This document shows, in pieces, positions 18,962 through 29,400 of a stretch of DNA of 64,000 nt. Source of the DNA: Gemmatimonadota bacterium (GTDB taxonomy: Bacteria > Gemmatimonadota > Gemmatimonadetes > Longimicrobiales > RSA9); the NCBI GenBank assembly GCA_040905425.1, contig JBBDRO010000106.1, positions 10,710 through 74,709 of the forward strand. The letters run 5' to 3'. The translations under genes and the position numbers were made by a program. Each line of letters begins with the position of its first letter. Positions within the stretch are counted from its first letter, which is position 1. The notes beneath the pieces were generated by a model. The model saw only the letters and a list, made by a program, of their open reading frames with translations, was not told the origin of the DNA and did no database searches.

Positions 18962-19768
18962 CTACTCGGGAAGCAAGCGCTCCAGCACCCGTTCCCGCGA
19001 CCACGTGGACTCGCCCGCCGCGCCGCGCCGCACCTGCACCAGCTCCGCGGCAATCGCCACGGCGATCTCCTCCGGCGTCTCCGCCCCGATCTCCAGCCCG
19101 ATCGGGGCGCGCACATCGGCCAGATCCGCGCGCGCCATGCCGGCCTCAAGCAGCGCGTGGAACGCCGCGCGTACCCGCCGGCGGCTGCCGATCATGCCCA
19201 CGTAACGCGGCCGCTCGGGCAGCTCGACCAGGCGGCGCAGGCAGTCGAAGTCCCAGCGGTGCCCGCGCGTCACCAGCGCCACGTAGCTGTGCCGATCCAG
19301 CGCCACACCGGCGAAGGGATCCGCTGCGAAATCCACCCGTACCACGTCGGCCTCCGCCGGGAAGCGGTCGGGCGTGGCGAACTCCTCCCGGTCATCCAGC
19401 ACGCTCACCTCGAAGCCCAGGCGCACGCCGTACCAGGCCAGCGGCACCGCGATATGGCCGGCCCCCACCACCACCAGACGCTCCCGTGCGCGATGGCCCT
19501 CCACCAGCAGCGTCCACTCCCCACCGGATGTGGTCAGCGTCTCCAGCCGTGCGCCGCCGCTACGCATTTGCCGCTGCGCCAGCCCGGCCGCCGCGTTGTC
19601 CGCCTCGGCGTCACCCAGGGAGCCCCGTCGGGTGCCGTCCTCCAGGAGCATGAGCTTGCTTGCCAGGGCGTCCGCGGGGCCCTCCACCACCGTGGCCACA
19701 CCCACCGCCTGCCCCCCCTCCAGCGCGGCCAGGATGGCGGCCGCCACCTCCGCCGCGCCCACGCTCAC
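18962..19768 (-). CDS. xdhC: XdhC/CoxI family molybdenum-cofactor insertion chaperone
   Basis: N-terminal XdhC_CoxI-like region plus the Rossmann-like 'LVVVGAGHIAVPLA...GFEVSVLDDRE'. The GTG start overlaps the mocA stop (GTGA). Confidence 0.8.
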   Translation of the reverse strand: MSVGAAEVAAAILAALEGGQAVGVATVVEGPADALASKLMLLEDGTRRGSLGDAEADNAAAGLAQRQMRSGGARLETLTTSGGEWTLLVEGHRARERLVVVGAGHIAVPLAWYGVRLGFEVSVLDDREEFATPDRFPAEADVVRVDFAADPFAGVALDRHSYVALVTRGHRWDFDCLRRLVELPERPRYVGMIGSRRRVRAAFHALLEAGMARADLADVRAPIGLEIGAETPEEIAVAIAAELVQVRRGAAGESTWSRERVLERLLPE

Positions 19769-20373
19769 GCCGTTCCTCCGTGACGATGCAGGTCCGCCGG
19801 CGTGTCCAGGTCCAACAGGGCGCCGGCGTCGTCCACGGCTACCGTCTCCACATCGGCTGCGTGCACGGTGAGCAGCGAGCGGACGCCTTCGGGCTGCGGC
19901 GTTTCCATGAGGGCGGCGAAGAGGGTGCGGTCCAGCAGCACCGGATGGCCGCCCACCCCATCATGCTCGGGCAGCACGATGGCCGCCCCTCCGCGTTGCC
20001 ACGCGGCTACCACCGCCGCCACCGTAGTGGCGCTCACGTAGGGCACGTCCACCGGCAGGATGAGGGCGGCCGGCGCGTCGGGCAGAGCGGCCAGGGCCAG
20101 CCGCACGGAGTCCACCTGCTCCGAGTGCGCGGCGGCGTTCTCCACGACGCGCGCACCGGCAGTCTCGGCCGCCTCCCGTGTGGCCTCGTCAGCGGCGGCC
20201 ACGACCACGACGACGGGGCTGCACCCTCCCTGCCGTAACAGCTGAACCGCGCGCGCCACGAAGGTTTGGCCGTCTACCTCGAGGAGCGGTTTCGGCGTGC
20301 CCATGCGCTCGGAGCGGCCGGCCGCCGGAACGATTCCGGCCACAGCGTCCGAGGCGTCGCGCGTTTTGCTCAT
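19765..20373 (-). CDS. mocA: MobA-like NTP transferase, probable molybdenum cofactor cytidylyltransferase
   Basis: 'GIVPAAGRSERMGTPKPLLEVDG' is the MobA/MocA nucleotide-binding signature. 202 aa. Confidence 0.75.
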   Translation of the reverse strand: MSKTRDASDAVAGIVPAAGRSERMGTPKPLLEVDGQTFVARAVQLLRQGGCSPVVVVVAAADEATREAAETAGARVVENAAAHSEQVDSVRLALAALPDAPAALILPVDVPYVSATTVAAVVAAWQRGGAAIVLPEHDGVGGHPVLLDRTLFAALMETPQPEGVRSLLTVHAADVETVAVDDAGALLDLDTPADLHRHGGTA

Positions 20374-20535
20374 GCCTGGGAGGCTACGCCGGGCGTGCGC
20401 CCCGCCGCAAGCCGAACAGCGGTATGCATTTGTGCACGCAAAAGCAGTCGGGCGCCGGCGCCGCGGATACCGCCTTGCGTGGCCGTCCGGGAAGCGGAAA
20501 ATTCAGGGGCACGCCACCCGCACACCGGAGGACGT

Positions 20536-21147
20536 TTGAGCCGCTGGGACGAGCGCTATGCGCAGTCGGGCTACGCCTACGGTACCGCGCCCAATGACTT
20601 CCTTGTCGAGGCGGCTCCCGCCATCCCCGCGGGGCCGGTGCTCTCGCTGGCCGAAGGCGAGGGCCGCAACGCCGTCTTCCTGGCCGCCCGCGGATACACC
20701 GTGACGGCGGTGGACGCCTCGCCCATCGGCCTGTCCAAGGCCGCGCGCCTGGCCGCCGAACGTGGGGTGCGCATCGAGACCCGCCTGGCCGACCTGGAAG
20801 CGAACTTCGACCTGGGCACCGCGCGGTGGGCCGGCGTGGTCTCCATCTGGTGCCACCTCCCCCGCCGCGCGCGGGAGCAACTCCACGCACAGATGGCCCG
20901 CGCGCTCCTGCCTGGCGGTGTCTTCATTCTGGAAGCCTACACCCCGCGCCAGCTCCGCTACGGCACCGGCGGTCCCTCCAGCGCCGCGCTGCTGCCCGCG
21001 CTGGACGATCTGCGCCAGGAATTGAAGGATCTGGAGCTGGAGATCGCGCGGGAGGTGGTCCGGCAGGTCCAGGAGGGGCGCATGCACCATGGTGAGAGCG
21101 CGGTGGTCCAGCTGCTCGGCCGCCGTGCCGGGGGCGCCTCCGGCTGA
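20536..21147 (+). CDS. Class I SAM-dependent methyltransferase (TehB-like)
   Basis: 'VLSLAEGEGRNAVFLAARGYTVTAVDASP' is SAM-binding motif I. I chose the TTG start at 20536, with GGAGGA 4 nt upstream. The track ORF begins at 20266 but its upstream part looks non-coding. Confidence 0.7.
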   Translation: MSRWDERYAQSGYAYGTAPNDFLVEAAPAIPAGPVLSLAEGEGRNAVFLAARGYTVTAVDASPIGLSKAARLAAERGVRIETRLADLEANFDLGTARWAGVVSIWCHLPRRAREQLHAQMARALLPGGVFILEAYTPRQLRYGTGGPSSAALLPALDDLRQELKDLELEIAREVVRQVQEGRMHHGESAVVQLLGRRAGGASG

Positions 21148-21965
21148 TGCGTGCGGCTCCGTCCACCGGCCTTTTCAAGCGACGTTCGCCAGCGCACGAT
21201 CCGCGGGGCCCTGACCTCCCACGGCTCCCGCTTCATCCGCTGCTGCGCTCGGTGTTGGCGCTGCCGGTGGCGTGTGCGCTGGCCGCGTCCGCGTGTGAGG
21301 GCCCTGCGTTCCCCGGCGAGCCTGATCGGCAGGGCGTGACGCTGCCCGCCGCCGGCGGGACCGTGGCACTGCTCGGCGGTGCGCTCCGCCTGGTGGTACC
21401 CGCGAGCGCACTGGCGGGGGAGACGTACTTCGAGGCCGCGCTCAGCACCGGCCACCCGGGCGCTACCCTGCTGGTTCCCGGCACGGCGCTGACCGTGCAG
21501 GCGGAGCCGGCGCTGGTCGGATCGATCGAGCTCTCGCTCACCTACGACGATGCGCGCCTGCCACATGCGTTGCGGCACGAGGAGCTACGCGTCTACAAGC
21601 TGGGAGGTGACTTCTGGCGGCCAGTGGAGGGCAGCGCGCCGGCCGCGGAGTGGACCGTCTCCGCGGCCGTGGACAGCCTGGGCACCTTCGCGCTGCTCGG
21701 TGTCCCCGCCGCCATCGTGGAGGTGCTTCCCGCCCAGCTGCGCATGCGGGTGGGAGAGGAGGTGGCCGTTACGGCGCGGGTGCGGGATGCCGCCGGCAAC
21801 CTGCTGCCCGGCCGCGCCGTCTCCTGGCTCAGCGCCAAGCCCACCGTGGCCACGGTGAACCACGCCGGCGTGGTGCGCGCCGTGGGGCCCGGGATCGGGC
21901 ACATCGGCGCCACCAGCCAGGACGCCGCCGGCTCCAACAGCGTGGTCGTGGAGGGAGACCTCTAG
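21147..21965 (+). CDS. Secreted/lipoprotein with a C-terminal bacterial Ig-like (Big_2) domain
   Basis: 'VTARVRDAAGNLLPGRAVSWLSAKPTVATVNHAGVVRAVGPGIGHIGATS' is Big_2-like, and 'ACALAASAC' is lipobox-like. The ATG overlaps the preceding stop (TGATG). The exact start is uncertain. Confidence 0.6.
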   Translation: MRAAPSTGLFKRRSPAHDPRGPDLPRLPLHPLLRSVLALPVACALAASACEGPAFPGEPDRQGVTLPAAGGTVALLGGALRLVVPASALAGETYFEAALSTGHPGATLLVPGTALTVQAEPALVGSIELSLTYDDARLPHALRHEELRVYKLGGDFWRPVEGSAPAAEWTVSAAVDSLGTFALLGVPAAIVEVLPAQLRMRVGEEVAVTARVRDAAGNLLPGRAVSWLSAKPTVATVNHAGVVRAVGPGIGHIGATSQDAAGSNSVVVEGDL

Positions 21966-21999
21966 CGTCGCGGCGTGGAACCTGCCTGCTCCGCCTCCC

Positions 22000-24399
22000 A
22001 TGAAACGTCGCCTCGTCATTCTAGCCCTGCCGGTGCTCGCGCTGGCCGCCCTGCTGCTGCTGCTCCTGCCGCCTGCGGGGGACCCCCCCGGTCTGCACGA
22101 GGCCATGGAGGGGGACATGGAGGGGGATGTCCAGGAGTCGCTCGAAGGCATGGCGGCAACCGACATGCCCGAGCAGGCGCGTGCCTTCCTGGCCACCGAC
22201 CGGCCCTGGCGCGCCGCGCAGGTGATGCGCACCTACCTGGCGCAGGACCCCTCCGCGCCCCCGGACCGGCGGGTGCTGGCCGCGCAGGCCGAAGCCGGCT
22301 GGGGCGCCTGGCCGGAGGTGCACGCTCTGCTCGCCGAAGTACCCGCGCTGGACACCCACGCGAGCGGCATCGGCCTCTACCTGCTCGGTCGGGCCCGGGA
22401 TCACCTCGAGGACGCCGCAGGCGCCGTGGATGCGTACCGCGCGTTTCTGGCGCTCTCCCCGCCCGCCGGGGAACTGGAGGACGAGCGCGCCGCCGCGCGG
22501 CTGCGGCTGGGGCTGGCGCTGATCCGGGCGGGAGAGCGCGGCGCCGGGGAGCGTGAGCTGCGGACCGTTGCCGCCGGCTTCGGGGACGCCGCTGTCTGGC
22601 TGGATCTGCTGCAGGCGGACGCGCTCGCCTTCCGCGGGGACACGGCGGCCGTGCGGGCCACCGTGGCCGCCCACGATGCCGGCTACACCGGCCTGCGCGC
22701 ATGGCGAGCCCGGGTGGAGGCCGCGCAGCGGGCCGGTGACCTGGCGGCCGCGCGCGCCCTGGCCAACCGCGCGCGGAACTGGGCCAGCACGTCCGCCACG
22801 CGTGCCGAGTTCCTCGTGGCCGCCGGCCGCCTTGCCATCCAGATGGGAGACACGGCGGCCGGGCGGGACGCCTTCAGGTCCGTGATCTCGGACGATGCGG
22901 CGGGACCCGCACCGCGCGCGGCGGCCGTCGCGTTGCTGGCCGGTCCCATGCGCCCCGCTGACCACCTGGCGGTGGCCCGCGTGCACCGCGCGCAGGGGCT
23001 CTACGACGAAGCCATCGAGGGCTACCGTGCCTGGCTGGATGCGCGCACCGGAACGGCGGCCGAGCGCGTGCGTGTCCAACTGGATCTGGCGGATGCCCTC
23101 TTCTACGCCCAGCGCTACGACGAGGTGGAGGATGCCCTCCGCCCGGTGGCCTCCCGGACCGAGGCGCGCATGCTCCAGGCTCGGGCCGCGGCCTACGGCG
23201 GGGAGCCCGAGGAGGGCGCGCGTATCTACCTGGCCGTGGCCAACGAGTTCGCGGGTACCGGGACAGGACGGCAGGCCCTGTACGTGGCGGCGGGTACGCA
23301 GCACGAGGCCGGCAATATCGAACGCGCCCGCGACCTCTACCGGCAGGTGATCAGCCGCTACCCCGGCACCAGTCAGACCGGCCTGTCCATGATGCGTCTG
23401 GCCGGCATCGCGTTCCAGGAAGAGGAGTACACCGAGGCCGCCCGCCTCTGGGACAGCTACCGGGAGCGCTACCCGCGCGGTAGCTCGGCGCTGCAGGCTA
23501 CCTACTGGGCGGGCCGCGCGCGCGAGGCCGCGGGGGACGAGGCGGGCGCGGCCTCCCTCTACCGCGCGGTGCTGGAGCGCGAGCGGGACTCCTACTACGC
23601 CCTGCGCGCCAGCGAGCGGCTGGGGGAGCGCTTCTGGCCGCTGCCCATGCGCGCCACGCCCGCCGCCGACCCGGCGGCGGAGCGGCGTGTCGCGGGCTGG
23701 ATGGAGCGCATCGACCTGCTGCGCGCCGCCGATTTCCCGGATGAGGCATCGGAGGAAGCCAGTCGCCTGCTCGGCGCGGCGGGCAGCGACCGGCCCACAC
23801 GCTATGCGCTGGGTGAAGCGCTGGCCGCGCGCGGCTACACGCAGCGGGCCATCCAGCTTGGTCTGGGGCTGCAGGGCAGCGGTCCGCCTGATCGGCGTGT
23901 GCTGCGCATCCTCTACCCGTTCCCGTATCGCACGCTTATTACCGAGGAGGCACGCGCACGGGATCTGGATCCGTTCATCGCAGCGGCGCTCATCCGTCAG
24001 GAGTCGATGTTCGAGGCGCGCATCGTCTCACCGGCCGGCGCGCGCGGCCTGATGCAGATCATGCCGGCCACGGGCCGGGGTCTGGCGGAGGCCGCCGGTC
24101 TGGAGCCCTGGGACGCCGAGTTGCTCTTCCGCCCCGAGATCAACGTGCACCTGGGCACCCGCTACGTGGCCCAGCACATGGACAACTACCAAGGTTCGCT
24201 GCCCGCCGTCTTCGGCGCCTACAACGCCGGCGCCCACCGCGTTGAGCTGTGGCAGGCGTTTCCCGAATGGGAGGACGAGCAACTCTTCACCGAGCGCATC
24301 CCCTTTGCCGAGACGCGCGGCTATGTCCGGATCCTGACGCGCAATCGCGCGCTTTACGAGGGGCTGTACGGCGGGGGAGGAGTGACGCCTCCGTGCTAG
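22000..24399 (+). CDS. Soluble lytic murein transglycosylase (TPR/superhelical N-domain + SLT domain)
   Basis: 'AALIRQESMFEARIVSPAGARGLMQIMPATG' contains the SLT catalytic Glu motif. There is a long Ala/Leu-rich repeat N-domain, as in Slt70. 799 aa. Confidence 0.85.
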   Translation: MKRRLVILALPVLALAALLLLLLPPAGDPPGLHEAMEGDMEGDVQESLEGMAATDMPEQARAFLATDRPWRAAQVMRTYLAQDPSAPPDRRVLAAQAEAGWGAWPEVHALLAEVPALDTHASGIGLYLLGRARDHLEDAAGAVDAYRAFLALSPPAGELEDERAAARLRLGLALIRAGERGAGERELRTVAAGFGDAAVWLDLLQADALAFRGDTAAVRATVAAHDAGYTGLRAWRARVEAAQRAGDLAAARALANRARNWASTSATRAEFLVAAGRLAIQMGDTAAGRDAFRSVISDDAAGPAPRAAAVALLAGPMRPADHLAVARVHRAQGLYDEAIEGYRAWLDARTGTAAERVRVQLDLADALFYAQRYDEVEDALRPVASRTEARMLQARAAAYGGEPEEGARIYLAVANEFAGTGTGRQALYVAAGTQHEAGNIERARDLYRQVISRYPGTSQTGLSMMRLAGIAFQEEEYTEAARLWDSYRERYPRGSSALQATYWAGRAREAAGDEAGAASLYRAVLERERDSYYALRASERLGERFWPLPMRATPAADPAAERRVAGWMERIDLLRAADFPDEASEEASRLLGAAGSDRPTRYALGEALAARGYTQRAIQLGLGLQGSGPPDRRVLRILYPFPYRTLITEEARARDLDPFIAAALIRQESMFEARIVSPAGARGLMQIMPATGRGLAEAAGLEPWDAELLFRPEINVHLGTRYVAQHMDNYQGSLPAVFGAYNAGAHRVELWQAFPEWEDEQLFTERIPFAETRGYVRILTRNRALYEGLYGGGGVTPPC

Positions 24400-24401
24400 C
24401 G

Positions 24402-25595
24402 TTACCGGTGGAGCGCGTACAGCGCCACCGCCTGCACCCCCAGCGAGTCCTCCTCCACCGCCAGCAGGCGATCCGTACCGATGTCCAGGATGCGCAGTGA
24501 GGCGCCCGGCGGCAGGTCTACATGGCCCAATCCGCGGCCCTCGGGATCCAGCAGGAAGAAGCGTTCGGGATTGTCCCGCACACGGGGCGGGTCCCCCACG
24601 TAGCGCGGCGTGTACTCCGCGATCCAGATGTTGCCCTCGGGGTCCGCCAGCAGGCCCTCGAAGTGCGGCAGCGGTTCCTGGATGGCCGCCTTCATGGTGG
24701 TCATGCGGCCGTTGATATCGGCGGCCGGTAGGCCGATCTCGGTGAATCGATCCCGCAGCGCACGCTCATACGCCGTCCAGAGCGAATCCGGCACCGGGAC
24801 GCTCGGCGCCTCCCAGCGCGCGATGCGCGTGGGTTCGCCGTCGGCGCCCAGCCAGCGCACCTCCGGCGCATCCCCGCGCCCCACCACCACCGTGCCCCCG
24901 GTGATCGTGGCGTGCCCCTGGCTCAGGAACGGGTTGTTGCCCCCGTAGTCCAGGCTCTGGTCCCAGTCCGCCACCGCCAGGGTGTCCACCACGCCCGTGG
25001 CCAGGCTCATGCGGACGAAGGGAATCGACAGCCATGGCGTCTCGTACCTGCGCCCGTACACCACGCCAGGAGGCATGCCGAACACGGCACGCCCCTCTTC
25101 ATCCGCTCCCAGCAGGCTCAGGTTGGCGGCGGGTCCCAGTTCCACGTCGCCCACCTGTTCACCGCCATGGAAGAGCGTAAGCCGGCGGTTCATGGCATCC
25201 TGCACCGCGATGGTGTCGGCCCCCAGGCGCTTCATGGCCAGAATGCGGCGGAATTCGCCCGGCCCCTGCCCGGGCCGGCCGAGCACGGCCTCGACTGCAC
25301 CATCGGAGGCCAGGACGCTCACCTGCAGCGTCTGCCCGCCGTCCGCGATGGCGGCGCCCCCGCCCTCCAGCAGAGCGCCGGCCACGATGTTCTCGAAGAC
25401 CGGCCCGGTTTCATCCCAGCCGACGCGCCACATGGGCTCTTCGGACACGCGCATGGGGGCGGCATCCGCCAGCGGCCAGGGGCTCTCCACCATGGAGATT
25501 CCGGCGCTGTCCCGAATGGTCACATGTGCGGACCGGGGTTGCCCGTCACCACAGGCGAGCAGGGCTGCGAGCAGAATGCCGATAGCTGGTTTCAC
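24402..25595 (-). CDS. NHL-like 6-bladed beta-propeller lipoprotein, paralog P4
   Basis: Lipobox 'LLAC', 'IRDSAGISMVE', 'GRPGQGPGEFRR' and the C-terminal 'GVQAVALYAL'. The GTG start overlaps the P5 stop (GTGA). Confidence 0.7.
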   Translation of the reverse strand: MKPAIGILLAALLACGDGQPRSAHVTIRDSAGISMVESPWPLADAAPMRVSEEPMWRVGWDETGPVFENIVAGALLEGGGAAIADGGQTLQVSVLASDGAVEAVLGRPGQGPGEFRRILAMKRLGADTIAVQDAMNRRLTLFHGGEQVGDVELGPAANLSLLGADEEGRAVFGMPPGVVYGRRYETPWLSIPFVRMSLATGVVDTLAVADWDQSLDYGGNNPFLSQGHATITGGTVVVGRGDAPEVRWLGADGEPTRIARWEAPSVPVPDSLWTAYERALRDRFTEIGLPAADINGRMTTMKAAIQEPLPHFEGLLADPEGNIWIAEYTPRYVGDPPRVRDNPERFFLLDPEGRGLGHVDLPPGASLRILDIGTDRLLAVEEDSLGVQAVALYALHR

Positions 25596-26407
25596 CGGTC
25601 ACCGGGCTGGATCCGGAAGCGCACCACGTACGCCTCATCGAACTCCCCACGCACCGTGGCCCAGACATCCCGGTCCACCACGTCGTAGAAGTAGGCGTTC
25701 GCCGGCAGGACCACGGTCCCCAGGAAGGTGCCGGTCGGCTCGAACACGTTCCAGGTCGGCTGTTCGCGCCACTCGTGGGGGGGCGCTCCGCTCGCGGGTG
25801 GCGGGCCGGTGCGCGGCCGGTGCACCGCCTCCACGTAGCGGCGTACCCAGATCCGTCCGCCGGCATCGGTGCGCAGGGTGCTGAAGGCCGGCTTCGTGTC
25901 CGGCACCGAATAGCTGCGGTCGCCGCTCCCGGCGCGCGCGAAGAACTCCGCCCAGGCCTCCCACTCCGCGTGCTCCGGTCCGCGCACGGGCAGGGGTGTG
26001 AAGGGCCGCTCGATGCGCAGCGCCGGCTCCTCGGTCCGCCGCAGCTCGAAGGCGTACGTGCGGTTGTGGCCGACCACCAGGTATCCGAGCGGGCTCAACG
26101 TGGTGACCAACTGCCTCGTGAAGGGCCGATCGTAGCCCGAGGCGGTGCTCAGCACGAAGGAGGGCGGAGTGCTCGGCTCCTCCGGGATCGGCAACCAATC
26201 GAGTACCTCACCCCCGGCGGAGAGGCGGATCCATACCTCCCCGTGGCGTTCGCGCGGATCGTCGGCGCCGTCCATTGTGCCGATGCGCACCTCCTCCACC
26301 AGCCGCGGCGCCGGCCCCCAGACGGGAGCGTTCGTGGCGCGCACGACCTGCGGCTGCTGCGCGGCGGCCGGAAGGGCGGTGGCACCCAGGACCAGAACCA
26401 GGGCCAT
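25592..26407 (-). CDS. Truncated/divergent member of the propeller family, paralog P5
   Basis: 271 aa from ATG 26407 (MALVLVLGATALPAAAQQ). It aligns only to the C-terminal part of the family ('...GRIWVRRY...', 'EFDEAYVVRFRI'). It lacks the lipobox and the GPGEF blade. Confidence 0.5.
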   Translation of the reverse strand: MALVLVLGATALPAAAQQPQVVRATNAPVWGPAPRLVEEVRIGTMDGADDPRERHGEVWIRLSAGGEVLDWLPIPEEPSTPPSFVLSTASGYDRPFTRQLVTTLSPLGYLVVGHNRTYAFELRRTEEPALRIERPFTPLPVRGPEHAEWEAWAEFFARAGSGDRSYSVPDTKPAFSTLRTDAGGRIWVRRYVEAVHRPRTGPPPASGAPPHEWREQPTWNVFEPTGTFLGTVVLPANAYFYDVVDRDVWATVRGEFDEAYVVRFRIQPGDR

Positions 26408-26499
26408 TGCCGCGCACCGCCGGGTGGGCGCGGCGCTGGAGGGCGCAGCGCTGAAGAACGTGGTGCTCGCCCTGGCATCCTGGACGCCGACCGCGCGGC

Positions 26500-29400
26500 T
26501 CACGGGATGCCGCCGGTGCGCGTCGGCGGCGTGACGGGCGGCCCCGGATCCGGCCGCAGCCCCGCCACGTAGACCTGGGCATAGACCGCCGGCGCGCGCG
26601 TGGTGATCCACTCGTTCAGCTCGGCCACCAGCCCGGGCGCCTCCTCCCAGGCCTCCTCGATGGCGTGGAGCTGGTCGGCGGTCGGCGGATTGTGCACGCC
26701 CTCGATGCCGAACATGAGCCGGGTGGCACCCGTGAGGGTGCCCATCCGCTGGCGCAGCTCGTTGAAGTCCGCGCGCGCGACCGTGACCTCCTGGCGCAGC
26801 GCGGCGGGGCCGTCCTCCACGTGCTCCGCCGCGGCCTGCAGCTGCTCGGCCAGGCGACTGACGGCCTGCCCGGCCAGGTAGGCGCTCTCCTGCAGCGCGT
26901 AGACGTCCATGGCCGCGCGGTGGCGCGCCATGAGGTCGGCCTCCGTGATGCGGGCGCGCGGATCCAGGCGCACCTCGAAGCGCTGCTCCTCAGCGCTGAT
27001 GCCGGGCCCCTCCAGCCGCGCCACGTAGGTGCCGGGCAGCACCTTCGGACCCGCCGCGCCGCCGCCGAAGCCGCCGCCGTCCTGGCCTTCCTCCGGCTCC
27101 ACGGCGGGCGCCATGCGCAGGTCCCAGAAGACCTCGTGCATGCCGGGCGTGCCCGGCACGTCCAGCGTCCGCAGCGTGGCGCCGGATGCGTCGGCGATCA
27201 CCAGCCGCAGCTCCGGCTCCTGGTCGTCGCTGTCCGCCGCCACCACGGCGTCCCCGCCCACGTGGTAGCGGATGCGTGCCCCGGTGGGCGGGTCGGGCAG
27301 TCCGAACGTGCCCGGCTCCCAGCCCTGCGGGGACCAGATGGTCCAGTCGGTGGCCCGCGGCACGGGGAAGAGATGCCCCGCCTTGGCCAGCGTGGCCTGG
27401 CTCATCTGCTCCAGCGGTGAGACGTCGTGCAGGATCCAGATGCCGCGCCCGTGCGTGCCCAGGATGAGGTCGTTCTCGCGCGGGTGCAGCACGATGTCGT
27501 CCACGGGCACGGTGGGCAGGCCCGCCTCCAGCTCCTGCCAGTTGCGGCCGCGGTCGATGGAGAACCAGAGCCCCGCTTCGTTGCCCGCGAAGAGCAGGTT
27601 CGGCGCACGCGGGTGCTCCAGGAAACCGTTCACCGATTCCATGGGCAGGCCGTTGGTAATGCGCGTCCAGCGCGCGCCGAAGTCCTCGGTGACGAAGACG
27701 TAGGGGTTGTAGTCATCCTGGTAGTGGCCGTCCAGCGTGACGTATGCCCGGCTCGGCGCGGCGGCGGAGGCGCGCACCCGCGTAACGTAAATGAGCGCCG
27801 GCACGCCCGGCAGGTTGTCCGTGACGTTCGTCCAGGTGGTCCCGCCGTCGCGCGTCACCTGCACGTTGCCGTCATCCGTGCCCACCCAGATGATGTCCGC
27901 ATCCGATGGTGATTCGGACAGCGTGGTGATGCTGCCGTAGTACGAGATCCCGTCGTTGCGCGAGAGCGTGGCGCCGGTCACACGCTCACCCATGATGGTC
28001 ATCGTGTCCCTGTCCACGCGGGCCGTGAGATCCGGGCTGATGGCATACCAGCTCTGGCCGCGGTCCTGGGAGCGGAGGAGGTAGTTAGAGCCCGTGAAGA
28101 TGGTGGCCGGATCGTGGTCGGAGATGCGCAGCGGCGTATTCCAGTTCCACTGCAGGCGGGTGTCCTCCTCGATGCCGTTGCCGGGGCGGGCGTCCGGCCG
28201 GATGCTCAGGCGCTCACCCGTGACCAGGTCCACGCGGCTGATGTTGCCGTTCTGCGACTCGGCGTAGGCCGTGCGCCAGTCCGTGGGATCCACCGTGGCG
28301 TAGAAGCCGTCGCCACCGTGGATGTTGAACCAGTGCTGGTTGCGGATGCCGTTCCGGTTCCAGACCGCCGTGGGGCCGCACCACGTGCCGTTGTCCTGCA
28401 GGCCGGTGCACACGTAGTAGGGGTCGCGCATGTCGTAGCCCACCTCGTAGGACTGCGCCAGCACGATGTTGTCATACATACGCCAGCTCTCCGCCCGGTC
28501 GAAGGAGACCGAGACGCCGCCGTCGCTGCCCATGATGAGGTGGTTGGAATTGTTCGGGTCGACCCAGAGGGCGTGGTGATCGGAGTGCACCTCGCGGGCG
28601 TCGCTGCGGAATTCGTAGCCGCCGTCATCGGAGATCATGAGTTGCACGCCGCCCAGGTAGACGCGTTCGGCGTCGTTCGGGTCGATGACCAGTTTGACGA
28701 AGTACATGGGCCGGGGGTTGGTGGTGCTCATGTGCTCCCACGTCTCGCCTCGGTCCCTGGAGCGGTAGATGCCCGACGCCTCACGCCCGCCCCCCTCCAC
28801 GCGGATCACCACGTAGTTCGGATCCTGGCGCCAGATGTCAATGCCGATGCGCCCCAGGTCTCCTTCCGGAAGGCCCTCGGTCAGCCGGGTCCAGCTGCGG
28901 CCGCAGTCCACCGTGCGGTACAGCCCGCTGCCCGCACCCGCGGCGCTGAAGCCGAAGGCCGTGCGCTGCCGCTGGTAGGCCGCCGCGAAGACGGTGCACG
29001 GATCGGCATGGTGCATGGCCAGGTCCGTCACACCCGTGTGCTCGTCGATGAAGAGCACCTTCTCCCAGTTCGCGCCGCCGTCGGTGGTCTTGTAGACGCC
29101 GCGCTCCTCGTTCGGCCCCCACAGATGCCCGACGGCCGCCACGTAGGCCACGTCGGGATCGGTCGGATGCACCTCGATCTCGCCGATGTGGCGAGTGGCC
29201 TCGAGACCCAGGTCCTGCCAGGTGCGGCCGCCGTCCACGCTGCGGAAGACGCCCGCCCCGTAGGGGGAGCTCTGCCGGTTCTGCGGCTCGCCCGTGCCTA
29301 CCCACAGCACGTTTGGATTGGAGGGTGCCAGCGCCAGCGCGCCGATCGACGCGGTGCGCTGGTCATCGAAGATCGGCTGGAAGGAAGCCCCGTGGTTCGT

